This document shows positions 31,197-41,166 of a stretch of DNA of 64,000 nt, in pieces. Where the stretch lies: positions 2,496,001-2,560,000 of the forward strand of contig OZ243972.1 in NCBI GenBank assembly GCA_965214705.1, written 5' to 3'. The notes beneath the pieces are model-generated. The model was given only the letters and a program-made list of their open reading frames with translations. It was not told where the DNA came from and ran no database searches. How positions within the stretch are numbered: the stretch's first letter is position 1; every line of letters starts with the position of its first letter. This stretch comes from Alphaproteobacteria bacterium. GTDB taxonomy: Bacteria > Pseudomonadota > Alphaproteobacteria > UBA828. A program made the translations under genes and the position numbers.

Positions 31197-32444
31197 TCAT
31201 GGTGCTGCACCGCAAGGTGGCGGCGCCTGCGGCGGGCCGCGGGCGGAGAGGGGCTCCTTGCGGCGGGGGATTTCGCGGACGAGCCGCAGAACACCGCCGC
31301 AGTGTGGGCACGCCACGGGCGCGGCGGCGGTCTCGGGCTCGCGGTCCTGCTCATGGTCCCCTTCAAGCCCGTCTGCCGTTTCGCCCGGGACGGCGCAGCC
31401 GACGGTGCCCAGCGCCTCGCGCGCGCAATCCAGCGTCGTGGCGCGGCAGCCGTTGGCGAGGATGCCGAAGTAGCGGATGCGGTGCATCCCCTCGGGCAGG
31501 ACGTGGAGCAGGAAGCGTCGGATGAACTCGTCGGCCGAGACGGTCATGGTGCCGTAGCGGGGCTTCTTCTGCCCCGGCTCGGCCGGCTTGCGGTGGCGGA
31601 AGGTGACGTTCTCGCCGTCGAAGGCTGTGATGCGCCTGTCCGAGATGGCGATCCTGTGGGTGTAGCGGGCGAGGTACCGGAACACCTGCTTGGGCCCCCT
31701 GAAGGGGCGCTTGGCGTAGACCACCCAGTCCCTGCTGCGGGCGGCGGCGAGGGTGGCGTGGAACTCGCCGGGATTGGCGAGATGGGCGACGGTGCCGTGG
31801 AACTCCAGCTCGCCGCTGCCATGGGCGCGCGAAAGGTCTTCGAGAAAGCGGCGGCGGAAGAAGCTGGCGAGGACCTTGACGGGGGCGAGCCAGACGCCGC
31901 TCCCCGTCTTCCACTCGCCGCTGTCTACGTCGAAGCCCGCGTTCGGCACCACCACGTGCAGATGAGGATGGAAGCGGAGCTTCTGATCCCAGGTGTGGAG
32001 CACGGCGGTGCCGCCGATCCGCAGGCCACCGTGCCTGGGATCGGCGGCGATGGTGCGCAGGGTCTCGGCCACCGTCCTGAACAGGATGTCGAAGACGACC
32101 CTCCGGTTGCCGAAGGCGATCTGGACGATCTCCCTCGGCAGGGTGAAGACGACATGGAAGTAGGGCACCGGCAGGATGTCCGCGGCCCGCGCCTCGCTCC
32201 ATCGGTTTGCGGCGAGGCCCTGGCAGGTCGGGCAGTGCCGGTTGCGGCACGAGTTGAACAGCGGATGCTCGCGCCCACAGCCGTCGCAGGCGTACATGTG
32301 CCCACCCAGCACGGCGGTGCGGCACGCCTCGATGTCGGCCATGACCTTGAGCCGGCCGGCGTCGATGCGCCCTTCCCGGCGCTCACGGAAGGCGCCGGCG
32401 GCGCAGCGGAAGATCTCCGCCACGCCGGCGCGCTCGCGCGCCAC
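31197..32444 (-). CDS. IS91-family (Y2/HUH) transposase
   Basis: CRT..LGGH...C..C, NSCRNRHCPTCQ, YFHVVFTLP, LHTW....FHPHLH, YLARYTHR. Confidence 0.95.
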   Translation of the reverse strand: MARERAGVAEIFRCAAGAFRERREGRIDAGRLKVMADIEACRTAVLGGHMYACDGCGREHPLFNSCRNRHCPTCQGLAANRWSEARAADILPVPYFHVVFTLPREIVQIAFGNRRVVFDILFRTVAETLRTIAADPRHGGLRIGGTAVLHTWDQKLRFHPHLHVVVPNAGFDVDSGEWKTGSGVWLAPVKVLASFFRRRFLEDLSRAHGSGELEFHGTVAHLANPGEFHATLAAARSRDWVVYAKRPFRGPKQVFRYLARYTHRIAISDRRITAFDGENVTFRHRKPAEPGQKKPRYGTMTVSADEFIRRFLLHVLPEGMHRIRYFGILANGCRATTLDCAREALGTVGCAVPGETADGLEGDHEQDREPETAAAPVACPHCGGVLRLVREIPRRKEPLSARGPPQAPPPCGAAP

Positions 32445-32450
32445 GGCGGT

Positions 32451-33332
32451 TTAGCTGCGCAGGACCGGGAAGCCCGAGAGGGGGTGGTCGAGGGCCTCGA
32501 ACATCTTGCCGGTGGCGCGCGCGTAGCCGCGGGTCGTGTCGGCGCTTCGATGCCCGAGCGCGTCGCGGATCACCTCGATGTTGCCGCCGCGCTCAAGCAG
32601 ATGGGTCGCGGCCGAATGACGCAGGCTGTGGAAGCTGTGGCAGGGGGCGATGCCAACCCGCTCGCGGGCCTTCTTGAAGGCACGGTGCAGGGCCGCCGCC
32701 GAGATGTGCTCGTCGAGCGAAGCGCCGTAAAATAGCCAGCTTGCCGGCTGCGGCCAGATGTTCTTGAAGTAGCTGCGCAGGTAATGGATGACCCCGTCGG
32801 GCAGCGGGGCCATCCTCTCTGTACCGCCCTTGCCGGACGGGATGTGCAGGCACTTCCTGTCCGCCTTGATGTCGCCGATCTTGACGGTGACGGTCTCGGA
32901 GACCCGCAGGCCGGCGCCGTAAGCGGTGACGAAGGCGGCACGGTGTTGGAGGTCGGGCGTCGCCAGGATCAGGCGCTCGACCTCCTGCTCCGTCATGGAT
33001 CGCGGCAACTGGGAGGGCAGCTTTCGATTGCGCACCCCGGCCACGCGCTCGGGACATCCCAGCGTGTCGACGTACAGGAACCTGAGGGCGGAGAGCGTGC
33101 TGTTCGTTGTGGCGGGGCTGAGACCCCTGTCGATCAGTGTGAGAACGAAGTCGCGCACCTGCTCTGCGTCGAGGTCGGCCGGCGAAGCCCCATAGTGCTT
33201 GGCCATGCGCTCGACCTCGAAGAGGTAGGCAGTTTGTGTGCTCGCGGCCAGATTGGCGATGCGCATCTGGTCGATCATCCGCTGACGAAGCGGGCTACCC
33301 TTCGCCCCGCAAGTCGCCTTCTCAGTCATCAT
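32451..33332 (-). CDS. Tyrosine recombinase associated with the IS91-like element
   Basis: YGAGLRVSE, GKGG, HSLRHSAATHLLE, LGH...TTRGY. Confidence 0.95.
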   Translation of the reverse strand: MMTEKATCGAKGSPLRQRMIDQMRIANLAASTQTAYLFEVERMAKHYGASPADLDAEQVRDFVLTLIDRGLSPATTNSTLSALRFLYVDTLGCPERVAGVRNRKLPSQLPRSMTEQEVERLILATPDLQHRAAFVTAYGAGLRVSETVTVKIGDIKADRKCLHIPSGKGGTERMAPLPDGVIHYLRSYFKNIWPQPASWLFYGASLDEHISAAALHRAFKKARERVGIAPCHSFHSLRHSAATHLLERGGNIEVIRDALGHRSADTTRGYARATGKMFEALDHPLSGFPVLRS

Positions 33333-33699
33333 CGATCTCCCTCGATCATGACGGCGAGCCGCCGGACCGTTCCGACGGCGGACCGTCTCGGAGATCGATG
33401 CTAGCTACTGGTGATCGAAAGGCGGCCAGCGGCTCCCACACAAAATGGGTGGTCGCAACTCGACACAGGCCGCAGGGTGCGCGCCCGTCAAGAGAACCTG
33501 CGGCATCGGGAAAGTGAACGAAGCCTAAGCCGCCAACTCCGCGTAGCGGCTTCGTTCAATCCGCCGTCAAGTGGGTAGGAATTTTGCACCCCGAGAGGTG
33601 CATGGCCGCGAGCACTGGCAACCCATGCCTATGGATCACGAATTGAGCCAACAAGTTTGCGCCTGCCCCAGGAACGTGACGGGTCGGGACCAGCGAACG

Positions 33700-35280
33700 A
33701 TGCTCCCCAAACCGGCGTCCGTCCGGTACAACGACTGGCGGCAGGTGGACATGCTGGCGTCCGAGGTGTTCACACCCACCCTGCCGGTCAGCGTGATCCT
33801 GCCGACTTGGCAGCCTCCGGCCGGGATGCTGGAGAGGACCCTGGCGGCGCTCGAAGGCCAGACTTGGCCGCGTGATCTCTTCGAGGTGGTGATCGTTGAC
33901 GATGGGTCCGAACCGCCTGTAGAGGCGCCCCGTTCGACCCCGCTTGACGTCAAGGTGGTGCGTCAGGAACGCCGCGGGTTCGGCGCCGCCCGGGCGCGAA
34001 ACAACGGCGCGCGGGCGGCCGCCCACGACATCCTCCTTTTTCTCGACAGCGACATGCTGGCCGAGGCCGGCTGGATCGCGGCGCACGCTCGGTGGCACTA
34101 CGCCGTATCCGACGCCATGACATTGGGATTCTACGCCTTCGTGGCGGTAGACGGCCTCGACCCGGAAACGGTCCGGCGCCGACGGGGGTCACTGAAGGAG
34201 TTGTTTTCGGGCCGGCCGGCTGACCCGCCCTGGTTCGAGGGCCACATGCTCCGGACCGACGATCTCACGTCGAGGGCCGACGACCTGTTCAGGGTGGTCT
34301 CGTCGGGCAATTTCGGGATCCGCAAGCAATTCTACGAGTCGGTGGGCGGGTTCGACGAATCGTTTATGCGGTACGGGCTGGAGGACACCGAGCTCGGATA
34401 TCGGGCCTATACTCGCGGCGGATTGCTGGTCCCGGTCTGGGACGCCTTTGCCTGGCATCAGGGCCGCTGGTGCGACGGTAGAGACGCCAAGGATCGAGAT
34501 CAGCGCATCATGCGGTCGAAGGCGGCCCACCTGATCGCCCATCGCGGTTTTCGCAGAAGCGGGATTAACCGAGTTTTCGCTGTGCCTCAGTACGTCGTGA
34601 CCGTCGAGGCGGGACATTGCCCCACGGAACAGGTCATCGCGATGGTTACGACCCTCTTGGCCGATCGCGTGTACGACTTGGTGGTGAGAATCGAAACGCC
34701 GTCGCGAGACGGCGATGAGCGGCTGGCGCTGCTCCGGGGCGAATTCGGCCCAGAGCCGCGGGTGCGCGTTGCACCGGCCCGCTCCGCCCTCGACGAGTTT
34801 CCCGCGTCGTCGTTCCACGTCACGCTGCCCGCCGGCGCGACGTTCGCGAACAACCTGGTGCATCGTCTGCGGGCAAGGCTGGGAAGCGCGGTCGCCGCGA
34901 CCGCCATCCTCCCCGACGGATCCCGGGTGTCGATCACACGGACGTGGGCGCTCCACCGGGCGCGCCGCCAAGCGGCCAGCCCCGCCGACTTCGGAGAAGC
35001 GCGAACGATTTCCGCAGCGTCGCTCAAGTTCAAGAACACCGCTAACACCGCGCCGACGGTAGACGCGGTCCACAGCGTTGCGACGGATATGGCAGTCTAC
35101 CCTGCGCGGTGGGCTCTCCTGTTAGGCTGGATCCAGGACATCCGCAACCCCGGAGAGGCTTGGTCCTTATTGAGGGCGGTGGCCACAATGCTTCGGTGGC
35201 GGGCGCGCATCAAGCGGCAGTCGGTCGATCAGGATCTCGGGCGCACAATGACGAACGTCCGAAGCAAGTCCGCACCTTGA
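33700..35280 (+). CDS. GT2 glycosyltransferase with C-terminal extension
   Basis: VSVILPT, VIVDDGS, ARNNGA, LFLDSD, GGFDESF..YGLEDTELGYR. Confidence 0.9.
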   Translation: MLPKPASVRYNDWRQVDMLASEVFTPTLPVSVILPTWQPPAGMLERTLAALEGQTWPRDLFEVVIVDDGSEPPVEAPRSTPLDVKVVRQERRGFGAARARNNGARAAAHDILLFLDSDMLAEAGWIAAHARWHYAVSDAMTLGFYAFVAVDGLDPETVRRRRGSLKELFSGRPADPPWFEGHMLRTDDLTSRADDLFRVVSSGNFGIRKQFYESVGGFDESFMRYGLEDTELGYRAYTRGGLLVPVWDAFAWHQGRWCDGRDAKDRDQRIMRSKAAHLIAHRGFRRSGINRVFAVPQYVVTVEAGHCPTEQVIAMVTTLLADRVYDLVVRIETPSRDGDERLALLRGEFGPEPRVRVAPARSALDEFPASSFHVTLPAGATFANNLVHRLRARLGSAVAATAILPDGSRVSITRTWALHRARRQAASPADFGEARTISAASLKFKNTANTAPTVDAVHSVATDMAVYPARWALLLGWIQDIRNPGEAWSLLRAVATMLRWRARIKRQSVDQDLGRTMTNVRSKSAP

Positions 35281-35289
35281 TCAAGAACA

Positions 35290-35719
35290 ATGAACCCGCA
35301 CCCTAATTCCGTCCGGTACAACGACTGGCGCCAAGTGGCGGTGGAGCCGCTGGAGACGTTCATGCCTGTCATGCCGGTCAGTGTGATCATGCCGTACTAC
35401 CAGACGCCCGCCGAGACGCTGGAGAGAACCCTGGCCGCGCTGGAAGGGCAGACTTGCCCGCGGGACCTCTTCGAGGTGGTGATCGTCGACGACGGATCCG
35501 AGCCGCCGTTGGAGCCGCCCCGATCGACCCCGTTGGATGTCAGGGTGGTGCGTCAGGAGCGCCGCGGATTTGGGCTGGCCCGGGCGCGCAACAGCGGCGC
35601 TCGGGCGGCTGCCCACGACGTTCTCCTCTTTCTCGACAGCGATATGCTGGTCGAAGCGGGTTGGATTGCGGCGCACGCCCGCTGGCACCACGTCGTCTCC
35701 GACTCCCTGACCATGGGAT
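35290..35719 (+). pseudogene. Second GT2 paralog, truncated after about 143 codons
   Basis: Closely parallels 33700 up to ..SDSLTMG, then switches to ISAs1 sequence. Confidence 0.88.
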
Positions 35720-35860
35720 CCCGCACTCCGGCGGTCTCGACCTCACGGGCCGGATCGTCACCATGGATGCGATGCACGCCCAGCACGAGACCGCGCGCTG
35801 CCTCCTTGGGCGCCGTGCCGACTACGTGGTCAGCGCCGTCAAGGACAACCAGGAGACCAT

Positions 35861-38063
35861 CAGGGCGAATTTGTCCAAGCCTGATTTTTGAGTTCTGCGC
35901 TACGAGTTGACCTTGGGTCTGGTCAGCGCGCGCCAACCCTGCTATGGATTGAGGCGACTGGATTCGCGGTGTTCTGCTGCGGATCGGCTTCGAGCAGGGG
36001 GACGGTTTCTACGGTGGATCTTTCCGAGGTCGATGTCGCTGCTGTCCGGCCGGAGGACGAGGCCCGGTTCCGCGCGCTGATGGAGGGGCATCACTACCTG
36101 GGTGCGTCTGCGAAGGTGGGGGCGACGGCGTGGTACGTCGCCCATCGGCGCGGCGAGTGGCTGGCGCTGGCCGTGTTTTCGGCTGCGGCGCGCAAGTGCC
36201 GGGCGCGGGACGAGTGGATCGGCTGGGACTTCCGCACGCAGCACGGGCGGCTGCATCTGATCGCGAACAACGCGCGCTTCCTGATCCTGCCGGGACGGGG
36301 TGTTCCGAACCTCGGCTCGCGGGTGCTGGGGCTTTGCGCGCGGCGCTTGGCGCGCGACTGGCCGGCCCGCTTCGGCCACCCCGTGCTGATGCTGGAAACA
36401 TTCGTGGACGCGGCGAGGTTCCGGGGCACGGTCTACCGGGCGGCTGGATGGCTGGCGGTCGGCCAGACCCGCGGCTTCCGGCGCCACCGCTCGGGCTATG
36501 TCGCCGGCTCGACGCCGAAGCTTGTGCTGCTGCGCCCCCTGGTTCCCGACGCCTGCCGCCGGCTGTCCGCTGCCGGGCTGGATCGGGAGTTGTGGAAGAA
36601 AGGAGTTCCGAGAACCATGATCAGCGCCGCTCAGCAAGAGTCGCTCTACGCCTACTTCAAGGACATCGACGACCCCCGCACGCGCAAGGGACGGCGGCAT
36701 TCGCTGCCCAGCGTGCTCGCGCTTGCGAGTGGCGCGACGCTCTGCGGCATGCGAGGCTGGAAGGCCATCTCCGAGTGGGTCGACGATCTCGGCGAGAAGG
36801 CGCTGGCCCGCTTCGGCGTGCGGCTGCGCGACGGGGTGCGCCGGCCGCCTTCGATGTCGACCATCCGCAATGTGGTGATCCGGGTGGACCCGGACCAGTT
36901 GGACGAGGCGTTGCGCAAGTGGCAGGAGGCCCACGGCTCAGGCGACGCGGCGCTTGCCATCGACGGCAAGACCCTGAGGGGGGCCATCGACGAGGACGGG
37001 ACCCAGGCTCATGTCATGAGCGCGGTCGGGCACGAGACCAAGGCCACGCTCGCCCAAAAAAACTTCTCCTGAAAGTCGGGGCCGACGAGGAGACAAAGCG
37101 CACCAACGAGATCGGCACCGTGACGGCGCTGGTGGACCTGATCCCGAACATCGCGGGCAAGACGGTCACGACGGACGCGCTGCTAACCCAGCGCAAGTTC
37201 GCCCGCTACCTGCTCGACCGGGGCGCGCACTTCATGTTCATCGTGAAAGGGAACCAGAAGACCATGCGGGACGATGTGACGCTGCTCTTCGAAGAGGCGC
37301 CGGAGCGTGAGCCCGACTTCGAGGAGGAGGCCGCGCTGTCGCACGGACGCATCGAGCAGCGGGCAATCTGGACGAGCACGGAGTTGAACGGCTTTCTCGA
37401 CTTCCCGGGCGTCGGCCAGGTCTTCATGATCGAGCGCTCCCGCCAGGACAAGAAGACCGGCGAGACCGGCACCGAGACCGCCTACGGGATCTCCAGCCAC
37501 ACGCCCGGCACGGCCAACGCGCAGAGCCTGCTCGCCCTCAACCGCGGCCACTGGTGCATCGAGAACAGCTCGCACCACTGCCTCGACTGGACCTGGGACG
37601 AGGACCGCAGCCGCATACGCACAGGCTTCGGCCCCGAGAACATGACCCGCCTGCGGCGCTTCGCCATCGGCCTGATCAAGGGCCGGGGGCTCGAGGTCGC
37701 CTCGACCGTGCGCAGGCTCGCCCGCAACGTCCGCGCCGTCCTCGACTTCCTGAAAATGACCGGGAACACCCAGCCGAGGACCGCAAAGCGCGCCGCGCCG
37801 GCCTGAACCCCGGCGCCCGGCAAGCCGGGCGCAAAGATCGTACCTGCCCTCGCTCCCGACCACGCCGGTGGCGCGATCCATCATGTCGGGGCACCGCCAA
37901 ATCGCGACGGCACCGCCCGCACCGCCCACACGGTAATGCCAGAACCCTCTGACCGAACCGGATGCTCGGCCAGACCCCGCCGCAAACCCCGCAACAAAGC
38001 CGATCCGCACAACCCGTGGCCAGAACTCAACTGCCTACCAGCCGCTTGGACAAATTTGCCCTG
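35861..38063 (+). mobile_element. ISAs1-family element (2203 bp)
   Basis: IR CAGGGCGAATTTGTCCAAGC...GCTTGGACAAATTTGCCCTG; 10-bp TSD AGGAGACCAT at 35851-35860 and 38064-38073. Confidence 0.95.
35888..37806 (+). CDS. DUF4338 (DruA-like) domain fused to an ISAs1 transposase, with a probable -1 frameshift at 37057-37063
   Basis: HHYLG, RDEWIGW, NNARFLILP, NLGS, LETFVD, GTVYRAAGW; then DPR..RH.L and IDGKTLRG. After A_AAA_AAC the -1 frame gives NEI, DALLTQ, VKGNQ, HGRIE, HWCIEN. Confidence 0.85.
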
Positions 38064-38727
38064 AGGAGACCATCCTCGAAGACCTCAAGGCGATCGACTT
38101 CAGCGATGCGGCCTGGCACGAAACCGTCGACAAGGGCCATGGCCGCATCGAGCGCCGACGCTGCGCCGTCGTCGACCTCTCCGCTGCCGAGTGGGACGGC
38201 TACGCCAACCTTCACGGGCGGCGCCAGGCGATGTGCATCGAACGTGAGCGCGAGATCATCAAGACCGGCAAGCGCAGCATCGAGGTGACCTGGAGCCTGA
38301 CCTCGCTTGGCGCAAAGCGTGCCGGACCCGAGGAGCTGCTCGATCTGGTGCGCAACCACTGGCACATCGAGAACCGGCTCCACTATGTGCGTGACTTCAC
38401 CTGCAACACGCAGCTGCATGACGACGTAGAATATGTCATGATATTCCTATGGTATTCATCGCAGCCACGCTCTTATGTCTCTATCGTGTCCTTACAGAGT
38501 GAGCCACATTGGATGCCAAGTCCATACCAGCGCTCCACGGAAAGCTCCACTACCTGTTTCCCCGAATGCAACTAATCAGTGACACAAGATCAGCCAATGT
38601 GTTCTCCAGGCCCGGCCCAACCGTTCTTGACGTCAACCATAACCCACTGTATCATAACCAACATACAGGAGGAAACTGCAACCCTACGTCACGGTGCGCT
38701 TTTGAAATTTTCGCTAATGTAAGTGCA

Positions 38728-39375
38728 CACCTCGCGGTTGCACGGCGTGTATAGCACCCGGCGATAGCCGTTCCACCACTCGCGGATGGTGCGGCCTTCC
38801 TCGGTGTCGGCGTAGCCCGGCTCGTGGGGTACGAGCACGCGGATGGCGCCGTCCACATGAGGCTTGCGGCTCTTCAGCAGGCCCAGCGAGTCCCGCACAT
38901 TCGAGTTGATCCCGTCCGCGCCGATGACCAGGTCCGCCGGCCACTCTTGCCCGCCCTCGGTGATGAGCACACCCTCGGGCCGCGCACCGGTCGCCTGCGA
39001 GCTGGTGATGATCTCGACGCCCGCGCGCTGCGCTGCGCCCAGGATCGCGGCCAGGAGCTGCTGGCGCGTGATGCAGAACATGCGTGAGCGATCGGTGCTG
39101 GTGATCGGCGCGAAGGGCACCTCGTCGATGTAGCGGCCCTTGGCATCGCGGCTGATGTAGGTCGGCGCCTCGGTGCAGCCTTCCAGCGCCGCGTCCGCGG
39201 CGCCGATGGCCTTGAGCACGCGCACGCCGTTATCCCAGATCCAGATGCCGGCGCCGAAGGCACGGATCTCCTCCGTGCGCTCGTGCACCCGCGCCGTCCA
39301 GCCGGCTTGGGCCAGCGCGGTGCCCAGGGCGAGGCCGGTGAAGCCGCCGCCGGCAATCTCCGCATGTCGCGTCAT
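38728..39375 (-). pseudogene. FAD-dependent oxygenase, MHPCO-like, 3' truncated
   Basis: AEIAGGGFTGL, HER..EIRAFGAGI..W.NG.RVL, ADLVIGADG..S.VRDS.G, VLYTPCN; the C-terminal GD motif region is missing. Confidence 0.75.
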
Positions 39376-39423
39376 GGTCGTCTCGTGCTCTACGCTTGTC
39401 GTCTCGCTGTTGCGCCTGCCGAA

Positions 39424-41154
39424 CTATACCCGGACGCAATCCAGCAGATGCTGGGTATAGGGATGGCGGGGCGCATCGAACAGGCGCTCGGTCTCGTCGA
39501 TTTCGACGATCCTGCCCGCCTGCATCACCGCCACCGTGTCGCAGTAGTGCGCTGCAATGCCGAGGTCGCCGGTGATGAGCAGCCGCGCCGTACCGGCGTC
39601 CTCGGCGAGCGTGCGGGTAAGGTCGAGCACCTGGCGCTGGATGGTCACGTCGAGCCCTGCGGTCGGCTCGTCCGCGATGAGCAGCTTGGGGTGGTACATC
39701 AGCGCCATGGCTAGGCACACCCGCTGGGCCATGCCGCCGCTCAGCTCGTGGGGGAAGGCGCTCAGCCGCTGCGCCGGATCGACGATGCCCACCATCTCCA
39801 GTAGCTGGATCGAGCGCACCTCGGCCTGCTTCGCGCTGATCTTCTCGTGGGCCTGGAGTGCACTGCGCAGCATGTCGCCGACGCTGGTGAGTGGGTTCAG
39901 CTGCGACTTCGCGTTGGGCAGGATCGCCGCGATCTGCGTCGTGCGCATCGCCCGCATCGCGCCCTTGCTCATCGTCAGCAGGTCGTGGTCGAGGTAGCGC
40001 ACCGAGCCCGAGGTGACGGCGAGCTCCGGCGGCAGCAGCTGCAGCAGCGTCTTCACCAGCACCGACTTGCCCGAGCCTGATTCGCCCACGATCCCCATGC
40101 TGTGGCCGGCCTCGAGCGCGAGATGGATCTCGCTCAGCAGCGGCTGGCGCGAGTCGACGGCGACGACGCCCAGATGCTCGACCGCGAGCACCGGCTCGCT
40201 CATGTGAGAGAGGGTGACGGTGGGGGCGTCGGGCACCTCGGGCTCGTCTCCGCCCGTCTCAAGCGCGGCCTCGCGGCGGCGGTCGGTCTCTCGCCTCACC
40301 GCGCGCGGCTCCATCACTTGCGTCATGATCTCGCCGAAGATGCCGAAGGAGAAGACGATCAGGCCAAGCGCGATGCCGGGGAAGAACGCGGCCCACCACT
40401 GCCCGATCTCCAGGTATTTGGCGCCCGAGGCGATCATGGCGCCGAGCTCGGGCGTCGGCGGCTTGACGCCGGCGCCGACGAAGCTGAGCCCCGCCGTGAG
40501 CAGGATGGCGAAACCCACCGTGACCGAGACCTGCACGATCACCGTCGGCAGCGCATTGGGCAGCACGTGGCGGAAGCCGATGCGCACCTCGCGGTTGCCG
40601 ACGGCACGCGCCGCCTCGGAGAAGGGGCGCTGCACCAGCGAGAGCACGTCCGAGCGCACAATTCTCACGAACACCGGCGTGTTTACGAAGGCGATGGCGA
40701 TGATGATGTTGGTGACGCTGCCGCCGAAGACCGCCACCAGCACCATCGCGAAGACGAACACGGGGAAGGACTGGATCACCTCCAGCAGCCGCATGAAGGT
40801 CTCGGCGAAGGCGGTGGAGCCTGCGCCACCCCGGCTCTCGTAGAGCGCGACGATGACACCGAGCGGCGTGCCGATCACGACCGAGAGCGCGGTTGCGACC
40901 ACGCCGATCACCACGTCGGTGCGCGGTGCCGCCAGCACGCGAGAGAAGATGTCGATCCCGTTCTCGTCGGTGCCGAACGGGTACGTGCCGCTGGGCGGCA
41001 GCAGGCGGGTGGTGGGCTCGGCGACCTCGGTGGGGAAGGGCGCGAGATAGGGGCCGAAGATGGTGAGGAAGATCCACCCAAAGAACATCACCAGCACGGC
41101 GAGCTGCCATTTCGGCAGCGCCAGGAGCGTGCGCTTGATGCGGAGCCAGACCAT
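39424..41154 (-). CDS. Dpp/Opp ABC transporter, fused permease and ATPase
   Basis: PFGTDENGID, EAARAVG..RHVLPN; GESGSGKS, PHELSGGMAQRV, IADEPT. Confidence 0.92.
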   Translation of the reverse strand: MVWLRIKRTLLALPKWQLAVLVMFFGWIFLTIFGPYLAPFPTEVAEPTTRLLPPSGTYPFGTDENGIDIFSRVLAAPRTDVVIGVVATALSVVIGTPLGVIVALYESRGGAGSTAFAETFMRLLEVIQSFPVFVFAMVLVAVFGGSVTNIIIAIAFVNTPVFVRIVRSDVLSLVQRPFSEAARAVGNREVRIGFRHVLPNALPTVIVQVSVTVGFAILLTAGLSFVGAGVKPPTPELGAMIASGAKYLEIGQWWAAFFPGIALGLIVFSFGIFGEIMTQVMEPRAVRRETDRRREAALETGGDEPEVPDAPTVTLSHMSEPVLAVEHLGVVAVDSRQPLLSEIHLALEAGHSMGIVGESGSGKSVLVKTLLQLLPPELAVTSGSVRYLDHDLLTMSKGAMRAMRTTQIAAILPNAKSQLNPLTSVGDMLRSALQAHEKISAKQAEVRSIQLLEMVGIVDPAQRLSAFPHELSGGMAQRVCLAMALMYHPKLLIADEPTAGLDVTIQRQVLDLTRTLAEDAGTARLLITGDLGIAAHYCDTVAVMQAGRIVEIDETERLFDAPRHPYTQHLLDCVRV

Positions 41155-41166
41155 CCCGCGCTGTCC

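Larger units (their letters stand above)
30642..33649. mobile_element. Unclassified non-autonomous element with 26-bp IRs, containing the integrase/IS91 unit
   Basis: GGCTCAATTCGTGAACCATAGGCATG...CATGCCTATGGATCACGAATTGAGCC; flanks AACAAGAT (30634-30641) and AACAAGTT (33650-33657), a 7/8 match. Confidence 0.7.
35720..38402 (+). pseudogene. Outer ISAs1-family transposase remnant (35720-35860 and 38074-38402)
   Basis: LTGRIVTMDAMHAQ..VKDNQETI joins LEDL..DKGHGRIERR..RNHWHIENRLHYVRD across the inner element. Confidence 0.85.

Noticed and set aside
31056-32735. Long antisense ORFs (also 430..1917, 16280..17326, 40102..42066, 42242..44146)
   Set aside because: Shadow frames of well-supported genes in high-GC DNA, with no recognisable motifs.
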